Assembly (NCBI GenBank): GCA_035285325.1
Contig: JAYKJB010000009.1
Span: forward strand, 10,910 to 74,909
Reading direction: 5' to 3'
Origin: Candidatus Sericytochromatia bacterium
GTDB lineage: Bacteria > Cyanobacteriota > Sericytochromatia > S15B-MN24 > JAQBPE01
Length of the DNA: 64,000 bases
The notes under the pieces were generated by a model. That model had not been told where the DNA came from and made no database searches. It worked only from the letters and a program-made list of their open reading frames with translations. Positions 1 through 9,376 of the stretch are shown piece by piece (the stretch's first letter is position 1; the number at the start of each line of letters is the position of its first letter). Made by a program: the position numbers and the translations under genes.

Positions 1-398
1 TCGACCGGTTCGAAGCCCCGCGTGCGGGGGGAATGGGCCAGGGGAATCGGGTCGATGCCGTAGCGAGGGGCAAAGCCGGGGAAATCAGGATCAGGGGCGT
101 GCAGGCGGGCAATGGCCGCGGCCCGCGCCACCGCGTCGCGAAGCCCTGCCGGGGACAGGTCATTCGTGCTGGCTTCCCCCAGTTTCTGCCCGAGCGCCAC
201 GCGCACGCTGACGCTGAGGTCACACTCACTGACGTTCTGATGAATCCGATTACCGGCAAAGCGGGTCAGATGGGCGGTCTCCCCGCGCAGGGTCACCTGA
301 GCCGCATCCCCGACCTGACGCGCTTGGGCGAGCACCTGTTCCGCCAGGGCGTGTAAAGACGCTTCGTCGCGAATTTCGGTTTGTACTGCCGACACGGG
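1..398 (-). CDS. pmbA: PmbA/TldE-family metalloprotease modulator, N-terminal part; gene runs off the window start
   Basis: The minus-strand frame is open from about 398 down to nt 1. It translates to VSAVQTEIRDEASLHALAEQVLAQARQVGDAAQVTLRGETAHLTRFAGNRIHQN...VSVRVALGQKLGEASTND, a typical PmbA/TldD-family N-terminus. It lies directly downstream of tldD on the same strand. Confidence 0.6.
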
Positions 399-432
399 GA
401 ATGCCTCGCGGTGGGTGGAGGGGAAACGGGAC

Positions 433-1908
433 TCAGCGAGCCAGGCCGACTTGCACCTGACGGAAGCGGGCAGGACTCGCGCCGTGGCCCACATGGGCCA
501 CTTGCATGGGTTGCCCCTTGCCGCAGTTCGGGGTTCCCCAGATCTGCCATTCCGAGGCGCCCGCAATCGCATCGCAGCCGGCCCAGAAAATCGGCGTGAT
601 ACCCGTGTAGGTCGGATTTTTCAGCATCCGCCCGAGTCGACCACGCTTGACCTCCCAGGCAATCTGCGCGCCGAACTGGAAATTGACCCGCTTGTCGTCG
701 ATGCTCCAGCTGCGGTTGGTGTGCATGTAAATGCCGTCGTCGGTGTCGGCGATGATGTCCGCCAAGGTGCCGCTGCCGGGCTCCAAGTTGACGTTGGTCA
801 TGCGCACCATGGGAATGCGATTCCAGTTGTCCGCGCGCGCCATGCCGCCGCTCGGCAGACCGAGCTGGGCTGCGGTCTCGCGACAAGAGAGAAAGCCCGT
901 GAAGCGACCGGCCTCGATGATCGGCACGCGCTGGGCCGGCACACCCTCATCGTCCCAGCCAAAGGTGCCCAGGCCGCCAGGCAGGGTGGCATCGGCCGAC
1001 ACGGTGACGATCGGCGAGGCGTACTGAAAGCTTTCCCGCATGCCCGGGTTCAGGAAGCTGGTGCCCGCGAAGGCGGCCTCGTAACCGAGCACCCGGTCGA
1101 GTTCGATGGCGTGACCGATCGACTCGTGAATCTGCAAGGCCAGCTGGGTGGGATCGAGAATCAGGGTCGTGACCGTGCTGGGGCACGGGTCCGCCCGCAG
1201 CAGCGCGGCCGCCTCTTCAGCGATGCGCGTGGCGTGGCCCGGCAGGTCGAGTTCGCGTACCATTTCGTAACCGCGGGTGGCCTGATGGCGTCCGAAAGAA
1301 TTGGGATACGAGCGCGTCTGAACTTCCGTCTCGCCGACGGCCGTGGCCTCGATGCCGCAGCCGGTCTCCGTCAGGACCTGCTCGAGGTAACTGCCTTCAC
1401 TGCTGAGAAACAGTTTGGTTTCCCGCTGACAGGTGATCACCCCACTGGTGACCCGCACCCCCGGAACGGCCCGCATGGCGCTCTCCGCCTCCATCAAGAT
1501 GGCCAGCTTGGTCTCCACGGGCACCTGGAAGGGGTCCTCCTGCAGCGGCGTTTCGTAGCGGCCTTGCACGACCAGCGGCGGGCCCAGCGAAACCGGGCGC
1601 CCGGCCACCGTGGCGCTGGCCTTGGCCGTGGCGATCGCCATCCGCGTGACCCGTTCGACTTCGGCTCGGGTCAGCTGTGACGAACTGGCGAACCCCCAGG
1701 CGCCGCCCAGCAACACCCGAACCCCAAACCCACGGCTGAGGTCCGTGGTGGTGCCTTCCGGCCTGCCATCGCGGGTGGCGACGGTGTCGACCAGCCGTTC
1801 GACGCAGCGCACGTCCGCATAGCTGGCCCCCAGCGAGCGGGCCAGGTCCAGCGCCGCTTGCGCCAAAGGCAGACAGGCGGTCGCCCATTGCGGCGTGGCA
1901 GCTAGCAT
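433..1908 (-). CDS. tldD: TldD metalloprotease
   Basis: 491-aa ORF with the HExxxGH-type motif IHESIGHAIELD and PmbA_TldD-family blocks (GFGVRVLLGGAWGFASS, SYPNSFGRH). Confidence 0.85.
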   Translation of the reverse strand: MLAATPQWATACLPLAQAALDLARSLGASYADVRCVERLVDTVATRDGRPEGTTTDLSRGFGVRVLLGGAWGFASSSQLTRAEVERVTRMAIATAKASATVAGRPVSLGPPLVVQGRYETPLQEDPFQVPVETKLAILMEAESAMRAVPGVRVTSGVITCQRETKLFLSSEGSYLEQVLTETGCGIEATAVGETEVQTRSYPNSFGRHQATRGYEMVRELDLPGHATRIAEEAAALLRADPCPSTVTTLILDPTQLALQIHESIGHAIELDRVLGYEAAFAGTSFLNPGMRESFQYASPIVTVSADATLPGGLGTFGWDDEGVPAQRVPIIEAGRFTGFLSCRETAAQLGLPSGGMARADNWNRIPMVRMTNVNLEPGSGTLADIIADTDDGIYMHTNRSWSIDDKRVNFQFGAQIAWEVKRGRLGRMLKNPTYTGITPIFWAGCDAIAGASEWQIWGTPNCGKGQPMQVAHVGHGASPARFRQVQVGLAR

Positions 1909-2065
1909 CGTCGAGGCGCCTCATCCAGCAAACGCGGCAAAAACCGCAGCGTATCCGAGCCTTCATGCTAGCACCCGCGAGAGTGAGCGTCACGGGCGCC
2001 TCAGGGCGGACGTCGAGGACCAGGGCAAGGTTGGGTATGAAACCCTGGGCGAAGGTCATCAAGGG

Positions 2066-3652
2066 ATGACGGGACCGCCCGTGCGGCAAGAGGTCGAGAG
2101 CGTGCGCGCCAGATGGCTGGTTCTGAGCTTCGCGGGAGTGGTGATGGCCGCGCAGGCCTGCCAGAGCCCCAGCACGCCAGAGACCAGCGAGCTATCAGGC
2201 ACGACGAAGAAGCCCAAAACGGCCTCCAAGAGCAGCCCAGCGGCCAATCAAAGCGATTCGCCATCTGCCAGCTTCGCCCCGGGGTCCCCCAATCCGACGG
2301 CCAGCAACACGGCGGTGACCGCCACCCCGACCGCCTCCGCGACCGCCCCCCCCTCGCCCACCCCCACCCCGATCGCGAGCACCACCCAACCCTCCACGGC
2401 CACGGGCACCCAAACGACCGTGAGCAGCGGCACGCAGCCCGTCGCGAGCCAGACGAACCCGATTCTCTACACCGGCCAGGCGTTTTCGATCGAGTTTCTG
2501 GCTGGTGGCCAGATTGACGGCAATCCCACAACCATCGTCAACCCAAAAGGCGACACGGCCTTGATCGGCAAAAGCCCGGAGGGCATCGGCATGGCCCCCA
2601 TGCCGCTGGCGGGCGCGACCAACGTGTTGGTCCACTACACCGACCCGGCCTACAAGACGCTGATGAACGTCAACCCAGCCGGCGCAGTGGGCTGGGGAGG
2701 AACGGGAGATCCCGACGCGCAGAACTCCACCTTGAACAAGCCTCGCGGGCTGGCCTACGACCCCAAGCGCGGCGCCCTCTACATCGCAGACTCCTTCCTG
2801 AAGCGCATCGTGCGGCTCACCTTTCCCAAAACGGCCACGGACACGCTCAAATTCGACGTCATCGCAGGCAACGCCAACACCCCACCAGACGCGGCCTACC
2901 TCGACGGTCCGGGTGCTTCGGCCACCCTGATGGAACCTCACGGCCTGTTGCTCATCAACGATGACCTGTACTTCGCTGACGCGGGCTATCACAGCATCCG
3001 CAAGGTCAATGTGGCCGCGGCGCCCTACAACGTGGAGTTCGTGGCAGGAGGGAAGTCAACCACCCCGGGCGTCGCCGTGGCAGGCACCGTTTCCGCCAGC
3101 GCCGCCCGGTTCAATCGCCCGACCGCCCTGTCCCTGAAATGCCAGGTGAGCCTGGCGTCCTTGCTGCTCTCTCCCACCTTGACGGGTTCCATCGTGGTCG
3201 CAGACACCAACAACCACTGCCTGCGCACCCTGCCAGGCACCGTCACGTTCTCGACCGCCCTGGTGCCGACCGCCTTCCTTCTGGAAGGCCAGGTGGGCTT
3301 GCTGGCTGGCACCCCGGGTTCGGAGGGGGCCATCGATGGCCCGGCGGGCACGGCCCGCCTGAAATCGCCGATCGCGCTGGCCGCCGACCTGGCCGGCCAT
3401 GTCTATTTTGGCGAGCGCGAAACGCCGCGCCTGCGGCGGGTCGAACCCGATGGCCGGGTCCTGACCGTGCTGGGCAGCCAGGAGGCCGCCTACACGAATG
3501 CAGCCAGCGGCAGCCTGGCCCGGGTCGGGGCGATTCTGGGGTTGGCGGAACACATCGACCGCAGCAACGGCAACATGCTGGGCCTGTTCGCGTATGACCT
3601 GGGGGTTTCGGGCAGCGCAGCCCGGCTGCGCTATGTGCGAAAGACGCCCTGA
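2066..3652 (+). CDS. secreted NHL-repeat protein with Thr/Pro/Ser-rich linker (possible lipoprotein)
   Basis: Signal-like N-terminus RARWLVLSFAGVVMAAQAC. A long low-complexity stretch (TPTASATAPPSPTPTPIASTT) follows. NHL-like repeats include LYIADSFLKRIVRL, LYFADAGYHSIRKV, IVVADTNNHCLRTL and VYFGERETPRLRRVEPDGRV. The start could be ATG 2066, GTG 2081 or GTG 2102. Confidence 0.6.
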   Translation: MTGPPVRQEVESVRARWLVLSFAGVVMAAQACQSPSTPETSELSGTTKKPKTASKSSPAANQSDSPSASFAPGSPNPTASNTAVTATPTASATAPPSPTPTPIASTTQPSTATGTQTTVSSGTQPVASQTNPILYTGQAFSIEFLAGGQIDGNPTTIVNPKGDTALIGKSPEGIGMAPMPLAGATNVLVHYTDPAYKTLMNVNPAGAVGWGGTGDPDAQNSTLNKPRGLAYDPKRGALYIADSFLKRIVRLTFPKTATDTLKFDVIAGNANTPPDAAYLDGPGASATLMEPHGLLLINDDLYFADAGYHSIRKVNVAAAPYNVEFVAGGKSTTPGVAVAGTVSASAARFNRPTALSLKCQVSLASLLLSPTLTGSIVVADTNNHCLRTLPGTVTFSTALVPTAFLLEGQVGLLAGTPGSEGAIDGPAGTARLKSPIALAADLAGHVYFGERETPRLRRVEPDGRVLTVLGSQEAAYTNAASGSLARVGAILGLAEHIDRSNGNMLGLFAYDLGVSGSAARLRYVRKTP

Positions 3653-3837
3653 GCGGACCGGACAATCACAGCTCAGGTTATCTCAAGATTAAGCCAGCTC
3701 AGCTTGGGTGAGATTTCCGCTTGAGCCGCTCAAGCTTGGGTAAGAGCCCATTAGAGCAACGGAATTCACACGTTCCGTTCGAGAACGTGTTGACCATTTG
3801 TGTGCCCCGCCCCCGTGGGATTGAAAGGAGAATCGTG

Positions 3838-6156
3838 ATGAACCGCGCCACATTGACCCGATCCAGCATCGCTATGCTGCTGCTTGCGGTGGCGGCATGT
3901 CAGGCCGCCCCGCCGACGGCTTCTGAGGACACCGGCAAGGTGACCAGCAGCGCCAAGGTCAAGGCAGACCCTCAGGCCAAAGCGGCGCAGCTGATGCGCG
4001 ATACGGGCCTCGAATCTCCCACCGTCTCCCTGGAAGCGAACCAGTTTCAGCTGCGAGACCTGGCGGGCCAACCCATCGAAGGGGCGGTCCTGCAGGTGGG
4101 CGAGGAGCGACTCACGTCAGACGCCCAAGGCATCGTGACGATGCAAACCAGCCTCCCCCAAGGCCAGGAATACCTGGTGGCCATCGCCCAGGCCACCGGT
4201 ATCGTGCCCTCGCGGATCAAGGTCGTGCCTCGCTACTCGGTGCGCTTGCATCCGGCCAACGGAGACATCCACAGCGTGACGGCAGAGAAAGGGGGCAAGT
4301 TCGCGAACGCGGACGGCACCATCGAGGTGACCTTCTCGCCCGGCGCCCTCAACAAAGACGCCCAGGTGCGCGTCACCCGCATCTATGAGGCGCAGCCGAG
4401 TTCAGTCAAGGCCGTCTCCCCGGGTTTTGACCACATCGACACGACCAAATTCGGAGACAACCTGCCGCTGGGACGCTACTCGTACGCGCTGGACCTCGGC
4501 GGGGCTGAAATCACGCCGGGCGCGTCCGTGCGCGTGAACTTCAAGGCTGAGCCGCCCCTCAAGGAGTTCGTGCAAACCTCGCTCAAGAACAACCCCACGG
4601 GCTTTTCGATGAAGGACCTGTTCTCCGTGAGCGCGAACGGAGACGTTCACTTCGCCATGATGGTGCCCGCACCGGCAGCCGAGCCCCCGCTGGCGGATCT
4701 GGCGAGCAAGGCCTTTCGCCTGATGAACGCGGTCTGTAACCAACCCAACGATCCGGAGAATTACACGGTCCAGGTTTGCACGTCTCGTCAGGTCCAGGAT
4801 TGCGTCGACCACGGCAGCCAGTTGCAAATTCATGATCCGGCTATGAACAACGGGCACTGCGTCTACATGAACACCAATCGGTCGTGCAGCGAGATCACCG
4901 TGACCTCCTGCACCAACGAAACTCGGACGCGCTACCACCAGTCGTCCACCATCAACGCCCGGGTGATGTACAGTTCCAATGACAGTCGCTATTCAGGCCA
5001 AGCTGCCTCAGGAGCTCGCGTGAGCTTCTCCCACGTCGGGACCCCGGTACGCGCGCCAGGCTCGACGGCCACTGCGGGCTCCACTGGATACTGCTGGGTT
5101 TATGGGGCGGCCAATGCCGGCGGCTCGGCGACCGCATCGATGCCCGGTGATGCCGGCTCCTATGGCACGATCGCTGGCTACAGCGTGAACTGTGGCACCG
5201 TCAACCTCTCTATCGTCAAGAACATGCCGCGGGTCACCTTTGCCTTCAGTAACAACGGCAGCCCGCTCAATGGCAGTTACTCGCGCGGCACCAGCCACGG
5301 AGACCAGGGTTTCAGCGGATTCAGCAACGTCACCCGGGACATCGCCATGAAAGCGGCCACCGCGGCCAGCGAAGGGTTCACCCTGACGGGGGCCAACTTT
5401 GCCATGGACGGCGGCCAGGTGGATATGAACGACGCGGCTGGAACCATCGGCTGGAACCAGGACAACACCATCAACCTGACGGTCTACCACAACAAGCCCG
5501 TAAGCAGCTCGGCCTCGTATGCCTCGGACGACGCCTCGGTGCCGGACGACCAGCAGCCGACGATCAAGTGGAATGGCCAGAGCGCCAGTGACCTGGCCTA
5601 CCAGTTCACGCACAACGTCTCCGCCTCCTCGAAGAAACCGGCCGGACGCGATCAGCTGTCGTTCAACAACGTCAACACGGCCAGCACCTGGGGCCTCAAT
5701 GGAGCCTCCACCAGTGTGACCGCGACCCGCACCTTCAATGGCGTGTCGCTGTCCGGGGTGGGAACCGGCACGGTCAACGGCGGCAACGTCCCGGTGCAGA
5801 TCAATGCGAACCTGCCGAAGATGACCATCAACTTCGCAGGGTCGAGCCAGGGGGCCTGGATCCTGAACTACCGCGTGACGGATTCCAGTGGCGTGGCCAA
5901 GAACAGGACCACCTCCGTGACCCCGGCTGGCGGCAAGTTGGTCTTCAGCCTGCCCGTCGAGGAGGCGGTCAACAACCCGCTCAAGCACACCATGCAACTG
6001 GACACGATCCTGTCGCAAGATGGCACCTACAGCCTGTCGTTCGAGGAAAGTGCCAACACCCTCACCTTCAACTATCCGGCCATGGGCAACTTGCAGCGTG
6101 GACAGGTATACACCTATCCCCACACCCTGAAGTCCTCGCTGATCGCACCCAAGTGA
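3838..6156 (+). CDS. large surface lipoprotein, Ser/Thr/Asn/Gly-rich with a Cys-rich module; function unknown
   Basis: ATG 3838 is preceded by a GGAG RBS. Lipoprotein signal MNRATLTRSSIAMLLLAVAAC (lipobox VAAC). An 8-Cys cluster lies around AVCNQPNDPENYTVQVCTSRQVQDCVDHG...CVYMNTNRSCSEITVTSCTNE. A long beta-rich S/T/N/G low-complexity C-terminal region follows. Confidence 0.7.
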   Translation: MNRATLTRSSIAMLLLAVAACQAAPPTASEDTGKVTSSAKVKADPQAKAAQLMRDTGLESPTVSLEANQFQLRDLAGQPIEGAVLQVGEERLTSDAQGIVTMQTSLPQGQEYLVAIAQATGIVPSRIKVVPRYSVRLHPANGDIHSVTAEKGGKFANADGTIEVTFSPGALNKDAQVRVTRIYEAQPSSVKAVSPGFDHIDTTKFGDNLPLGRYSYALDLGGAEITPGASVRVNFKAEPPLKEFVQTSLKNNPTGFSMKDLFSVSANGDVHFAMMVPAPAAEPPLADLASKAFRLMNAVCNQPNDPENYTVQVCTSRQVQDCVDHGSQLQIHDPAMNNGHCVYMNTNRSCSEITVTSCTNETRTRYHQSSTINARVMYSSNDSRYSGQAASGARVSFSHVGTPVRAPGSTATAGSTGYCWVYGAANAGGSATASMPGDAGSYGTIAGYSVNCGTVNLSIVKNMPRVTFAFSNNGSPLNGSYSRGTSHGDQGFSGFSNVTRDIAMKAATAASEGFTLTGANFAMDGGQVDMNDAAGTIGWNQDNTINLTVYHNKPVSSSASYASDDASVPDDQQPTIKWNGQSASDLAYQFTHNVSASSKKPAGRDQLSFNNVNTASTWGLNGASTSVTATRTFNGVSLSGVGTGTVNGGNVPVQINANLPKMTINFAGSSQGAWILNYRVTDSSGVAKNRTTSVTPAGGKLVFSLPVEEAVNNPLKHTMQLDTILSQDGTYSLSFEESANTLTFNYPAMGNLQRGQVYTYPHTLKSSLIAPK

Positions 6157-6251
6157 TCAGGCAGGGCGACCTGGGTTGATGCGGACGGGCTGAGCCCCTG
6201 AAGGCCTCGCCTTCAACGAGCCAGGCCCATCCCGAATCAAGGCTCTAAGAC

Positions 6252-6284
6252 GCGGCTCCCTCCTACGAGGGGGCCGCTCTTTTG
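6252..6284 (+). terminator. Rho-independent terminator after the large lipoprotein gene
   Basis: GCGGCTCCCTC-CTAC-GAGGGGGCCGC gives an 11-bp stem including one G.U pair, followed by TCTTTTGGG. It sits between the convergent lipoprotein and tatD genes. Confidence 0.55.
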
Positions 6285-6330
6285 GGTGACACTCGGATGC
6301 GCCGTTCCAAGCGCGGCGTCCGCCGGGAGG

Positions 6331-7107
6331 TCAGGCGCCGAGGCCGAACAGGCGACGGCCGTTCTCCCGCGTGCGGCGAATCATCTCGTCAGGTGCCAGC
6401 CCATGCAGGCTGGCCAGTTTTTCCGCCACGTGGACCACGTGAGCTGGCTCGTTGCGCTTGCCCCGGTGAGGGACCGGCGCCAGATAGGGCGAATCCGTCT
6501 CGACCAGCAGACGGTCCAGCGGCACTGAGGCCGCTGCCTGCTGCAGGTGATGGGCATTCTTGAAGGTCACCGGACCCGCAAACGAGATGAACATCCCGAT
6601 GGCGACACATTCCCGGGCAAACTCAGGCGAGCCTGAAAAGCAATGCATGACCCCACCCACCTCCCGATTCAAGTGGTTGGTCAGGATGGCCAGCACATCC
6701 GCGTGACTGTCACGGTCATGCACGATGATGGGTTTGCCGAGTTCCGCGGCCAGTTGCACCTGGGCGGCAAAGGCCTCACGCTGGATCTCACGGGGCGGCT
6801 CCGGATAGTAATAATCCAAGCCCATCTCGCCGATCGCCGCGACCTTGGGATGAAGCGCCAGGGCCCGCAACGCGTCGATGGCCTGCGGGGTCCAGCTGGC
6901 CGCCTCGTGCGGATGCACCCCGACGGCCGCCCAGACGTCAGGCTCCCGCTCGGCCAGGGCCAGCACGCGCGGCAGGTCAGGCAAGGAGATGCCAGGCACC
7001 AGCATCGTGCCCACGCCCCCCCGCCGGGCTCGCTGCAGCATCTCCTCCCGGTCGGCGTCGAAGGCCGGCACATCCAGGTGGCAGTGCGTGTCAAACAGCA
7101 GCTCCAC
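6331..7107 (-). CDS. tatD: TatD-family hydrolase (metal-dependent DNase)
   Basis: 258 aa. Begins MELLFDTHCHLD, with the other TatD metal-ligand blocks IGEMGLDYYY, IIVHDRDSHADV and LVETDSPYLAP. Confidence 0.85.
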   Translation of the reverse strand: MELLFDTHCHLDVPAFDADREEMLQRARRGGVGTMLVPGISLPDLPRVLALAEREPDVWAAVGVHPHEAASWTPQAIDALRALALHPKVAAIGEMGLDYYYPEPPREIQREAFAAQVQLAAELGKPIIVHDRDSHADVLAILTNHLNREVGGVMHCFSGSPEFARECVAIGMFISFAGPVTFKNAHHLQQAAASVPLDRLLVETDSPYLAPVPHRGKRNEPAHVVHVAEKLASLHGLAPDEMIRRTRENGRRLFGLGA

Positions 7108-7113
7108 GGGCGC

Positions 7114-8661
7114 TTACTTCTTCTTGGCCCCGGCCTCAGCCAGCGCATCCTCGATGCGAGGATAGACCGGCCCCGCCTTGCGCGTGCGCGTCCCGGAAGT
7201 CAGCCCTCCCCAGGCCAGATCCGACAGGCGCTGCTCGTCCAGCGGCCTATCGAGGCCCAGCTGGTCCCACATCTGGGCCGCCAGCGCAGGAATGAAGGGA
7301 CTGACGAGGATGGCCACGCCTCGCAGCGACTCGAGCACGCCATATAGCACGCCGGCCAGCTTTTCCCGCTCACCCGCCTTGGCCAACGCCCAAGGGGCCT
7401 GCACGTCGATGAATTTGTTGACCGCATCAATCAGGCGCCAGATCGTTTCCAGGGCTTCCTGAATCTCGTAGCCCGCCATGTGGGCTGCCACCTGCTGCTG
7501 CGTGTCACGGACCCGCGCGGCCAACTCCGCGGTCAACGCCGGCAAGTCGTCCGGCACGACCCCGTCAAACTGCTTCTCCAGCATGCCGAGGGTGCGGTTC
7601 AGGGCGTTGCCGAGGTTATTGGCCAGGTCGGCATTCACCCGCACCTTGAACAGGTCAAAGGTGTAAGCGCCGTCCTTGCCATAGGTGATCTCCCGCATCA
7701 GGTAGTAACGCAACGCATCGGCGCCATATTGGGTAGCCAGGGCATTGGGCTCCACCACGTTGCCAAGCGACTTGCTCATCTTCTGGTCCCCGATGCTCAC
7801 CCAGCCGTGCCCGTGAATGGTTCTGGGCAGGGGCAAATCGAGCGCCATCAGGATCGTGGGCCAGATGATGCAGTGGAACTTCATGATGTCCTTGCCGACG
7901 ATGTGAACGGCCGCCGGCCAGTAACGCTGGAAGGAGGCCTCATCCCAGCCCCAGCCGATGCCCGTGAGGTAATTCAACAAGGCATCGATCCAGACGTAGA
8001 TGACCTGCGACTCATCGCCCGGAACCGGGATTCCCCAGCGCACCTTCTGGCGCGAAACGGAGACGTCCGGGAAGCTGTCGAGCAGGTTGAGGATCTCGTT
8101 GCGACGGCTTTCCGGTTGAATGAACTCGGGATGCGTGTCGATGTGGTGGCGAATCCGGTCCCGGTAGCGCGAGATTCTGAGGACATAGTTCTCCTCGGAA
8201 AATGGCTGTGGCGCGGCGTCGTGGTTGGGGCAACGGCCGTCAATCAGGTCTCGTTCATTCTTGAACTCCTCGCACCCGGCGCAATACAGGCCCTCGTAGG
8301 TGGCCTTGTCCACGTCGCCCTGAGCCACCAGACGCGCGAAAGCCGTTTGAACGGCCTGCTCGTGGAAGGCGTCGGTGGTGCGAATGAAGCGATCGTAGCG
8401 AACCCCCAGCGTCGCCCAGGTCGACACGAACTGAGGCGAGATCCGGCCCACGAAGTCGCGGGGCGAAATGCCCTCTGCAGCGGCGGCTTTCTCGATCTTG
8501 ACGCCATGTTCGTCGACGCCCGTCAGAAAGAAGACGTCCTCTCCCAGCAGGCGATGCCAGCGGGCCAGCACGTCAGCGGCGATCTTCTCGTAAGCGTGCC
8601 CCAGATGCGGGGGGGCGTTGGTGTAGTCGATCGCAGTGGTAATGTAATAGGGCGTGGCCAC
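7114..8661 (-). CDS. metG: methionyl-tRNA synthetase (short form, no C-terminal tRNA-binding extension)
   Basis: HIGH motif PHLGHAY and KMSKS motif DQKMSKSLGNVV. The track ORF starts at 8676 (GTG), but GTG 8661 (giving M-ATPYYITT) has a GAGGAAG RBS 8 nt upstream and is the more likely start. Confidence 0.9.
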   Translation of the reverse strand: MATPYYITTAIDYTNAPPHLGHAYEKIAADVLARWHRLLGEDVFFLTGVDEHGVKIEKAAAAEGISPRDFVGRISPQFVSTWATLGVRYDRFIRTTDAFHEQAVQTAFARLVAQGDVDKATYEGLYCAGCEEFKNERDLIDGRCPNHDAAPQPFSEENYVLRISRYRDRIRHHIDTHPEFIQPESRRNEILNLLDSFPDVSVSRQKVRWGIPVPGDESQVIYVWIDALLNYLTGIGWGWDEASFQRYWPAAVHIVGKDIMKFHCIIWPTILMALDLPLPRTIHGHGWVSIGDQKMSKSLGNVVEPNALATQYGADALRYYLMREITYGKDGAYTFDLFKVRVNADLANNLGNALNRTLGMLEKQFDGVVPDDLPALTAELAARVRDTQQQVAAHMAGYEIQEALETIWRLIDAVNKFIDVQAPWALAKAGEREKLAGVLYGVLESLRGVAILVSPFIPALAAQMWDQLGLDRPLDEQRLSDLAWGGLTSGTRTRKAGPVYPRIEDALAEAGAKKK

Positions 8662-8759
8662 GTCGCGCTTCCTCACTGATTCGGTGCTAGACCGGGGGCA
8701 GAAGAGCTGCCCTGCGCGAGCCTACCAAATCGTGGGGGCCATGGCAAACCGCCCGGCGC

Positions 8760-9365
8760 GTGATCTCGCCCCCTGACCGCCCCCTCACCCCAGGGTTTTC
8801 GAGGCCCCCCTCCATGACGGCGAATTTACCTCGCTTTCGCGACAAGGCCGGACGTGTGGTGTCCGACTATCCGTTCTTTCTCGTGATCGACCCGATCCTC
8901 AACCAAGGACGCATCTATCCCGATGAGACCAGCATCGCCGAAGACCTGAACGCGCAGGAATGGCCGGAGGCGCTTCGCGCCGACACCGTACTGTCCGGTC
9001 TCACCCAGCGGGGCTGGCAGTTTCATCACCTGCGTTCCGATGCCGATTGGCTCGATGCCTTGCGACCTTATTTCCTGGTCACGGATGCCCAGCTCCAGGA
9101 GGCCCTTGCCGCCAACTGGGTTTCGGCGGATTTCACCTTTCCAGGAGCCGAACACGTCTGCTGGGAGGCCACCACGGTCCAGCTTTACACCGACGGGGCC
9201 GAGTTATTCCAGCTGGGTGAAGCGGTGGTCCTGCGCGCGGATACGCCGGACGCAGAGACGTTGAGGACCTTCGTGCTGGCCTGGCTCAACGACTTCGCTC
9301 GGCGCGTGGCCGGTGACCTCAAGCTTCCGCTGACCCGCCGGCCTTCGGCGCTCGGACCAGGCTGA
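8760..9365 (+). CDS. hypothetical protein
   Basis: 201-aa ORF in a genome-typical GC3-rich frame. No recognisable domain. The start is uncertain (8760 or ATG 8814, giving MTANLPRF...). It is divergent from metG. Confidence 0.45.
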   Translation: MISPPDRPLTPGFSRPPSMTANLPRFRDKAGRVVSDYPFFLVIDPILNQGRIYPDETSIAEDLNAQEWPEALRADTVLSGLTQRGWQFHHLRSDADWLDALRPYFLVTDAQLQEALAANWVSADFTFPGAEHVCWEATTVQLYTDGAELFQLGEAVVLRADTPDAETLRTFVLAWLNDFARRVAGDLKLPLTRRPSALGPG

Positions 9366-9376
9366 CGCCGCGCTGG

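Noticed and set aside
2195-2992. 265-aa Gly/Arg-rich ORF on the minus strand inside the NHL-repeat gene.
   Set aside because: Poly-Gly/Arg translation of the antisense of the Thr/Pro-rich linker. No start context.
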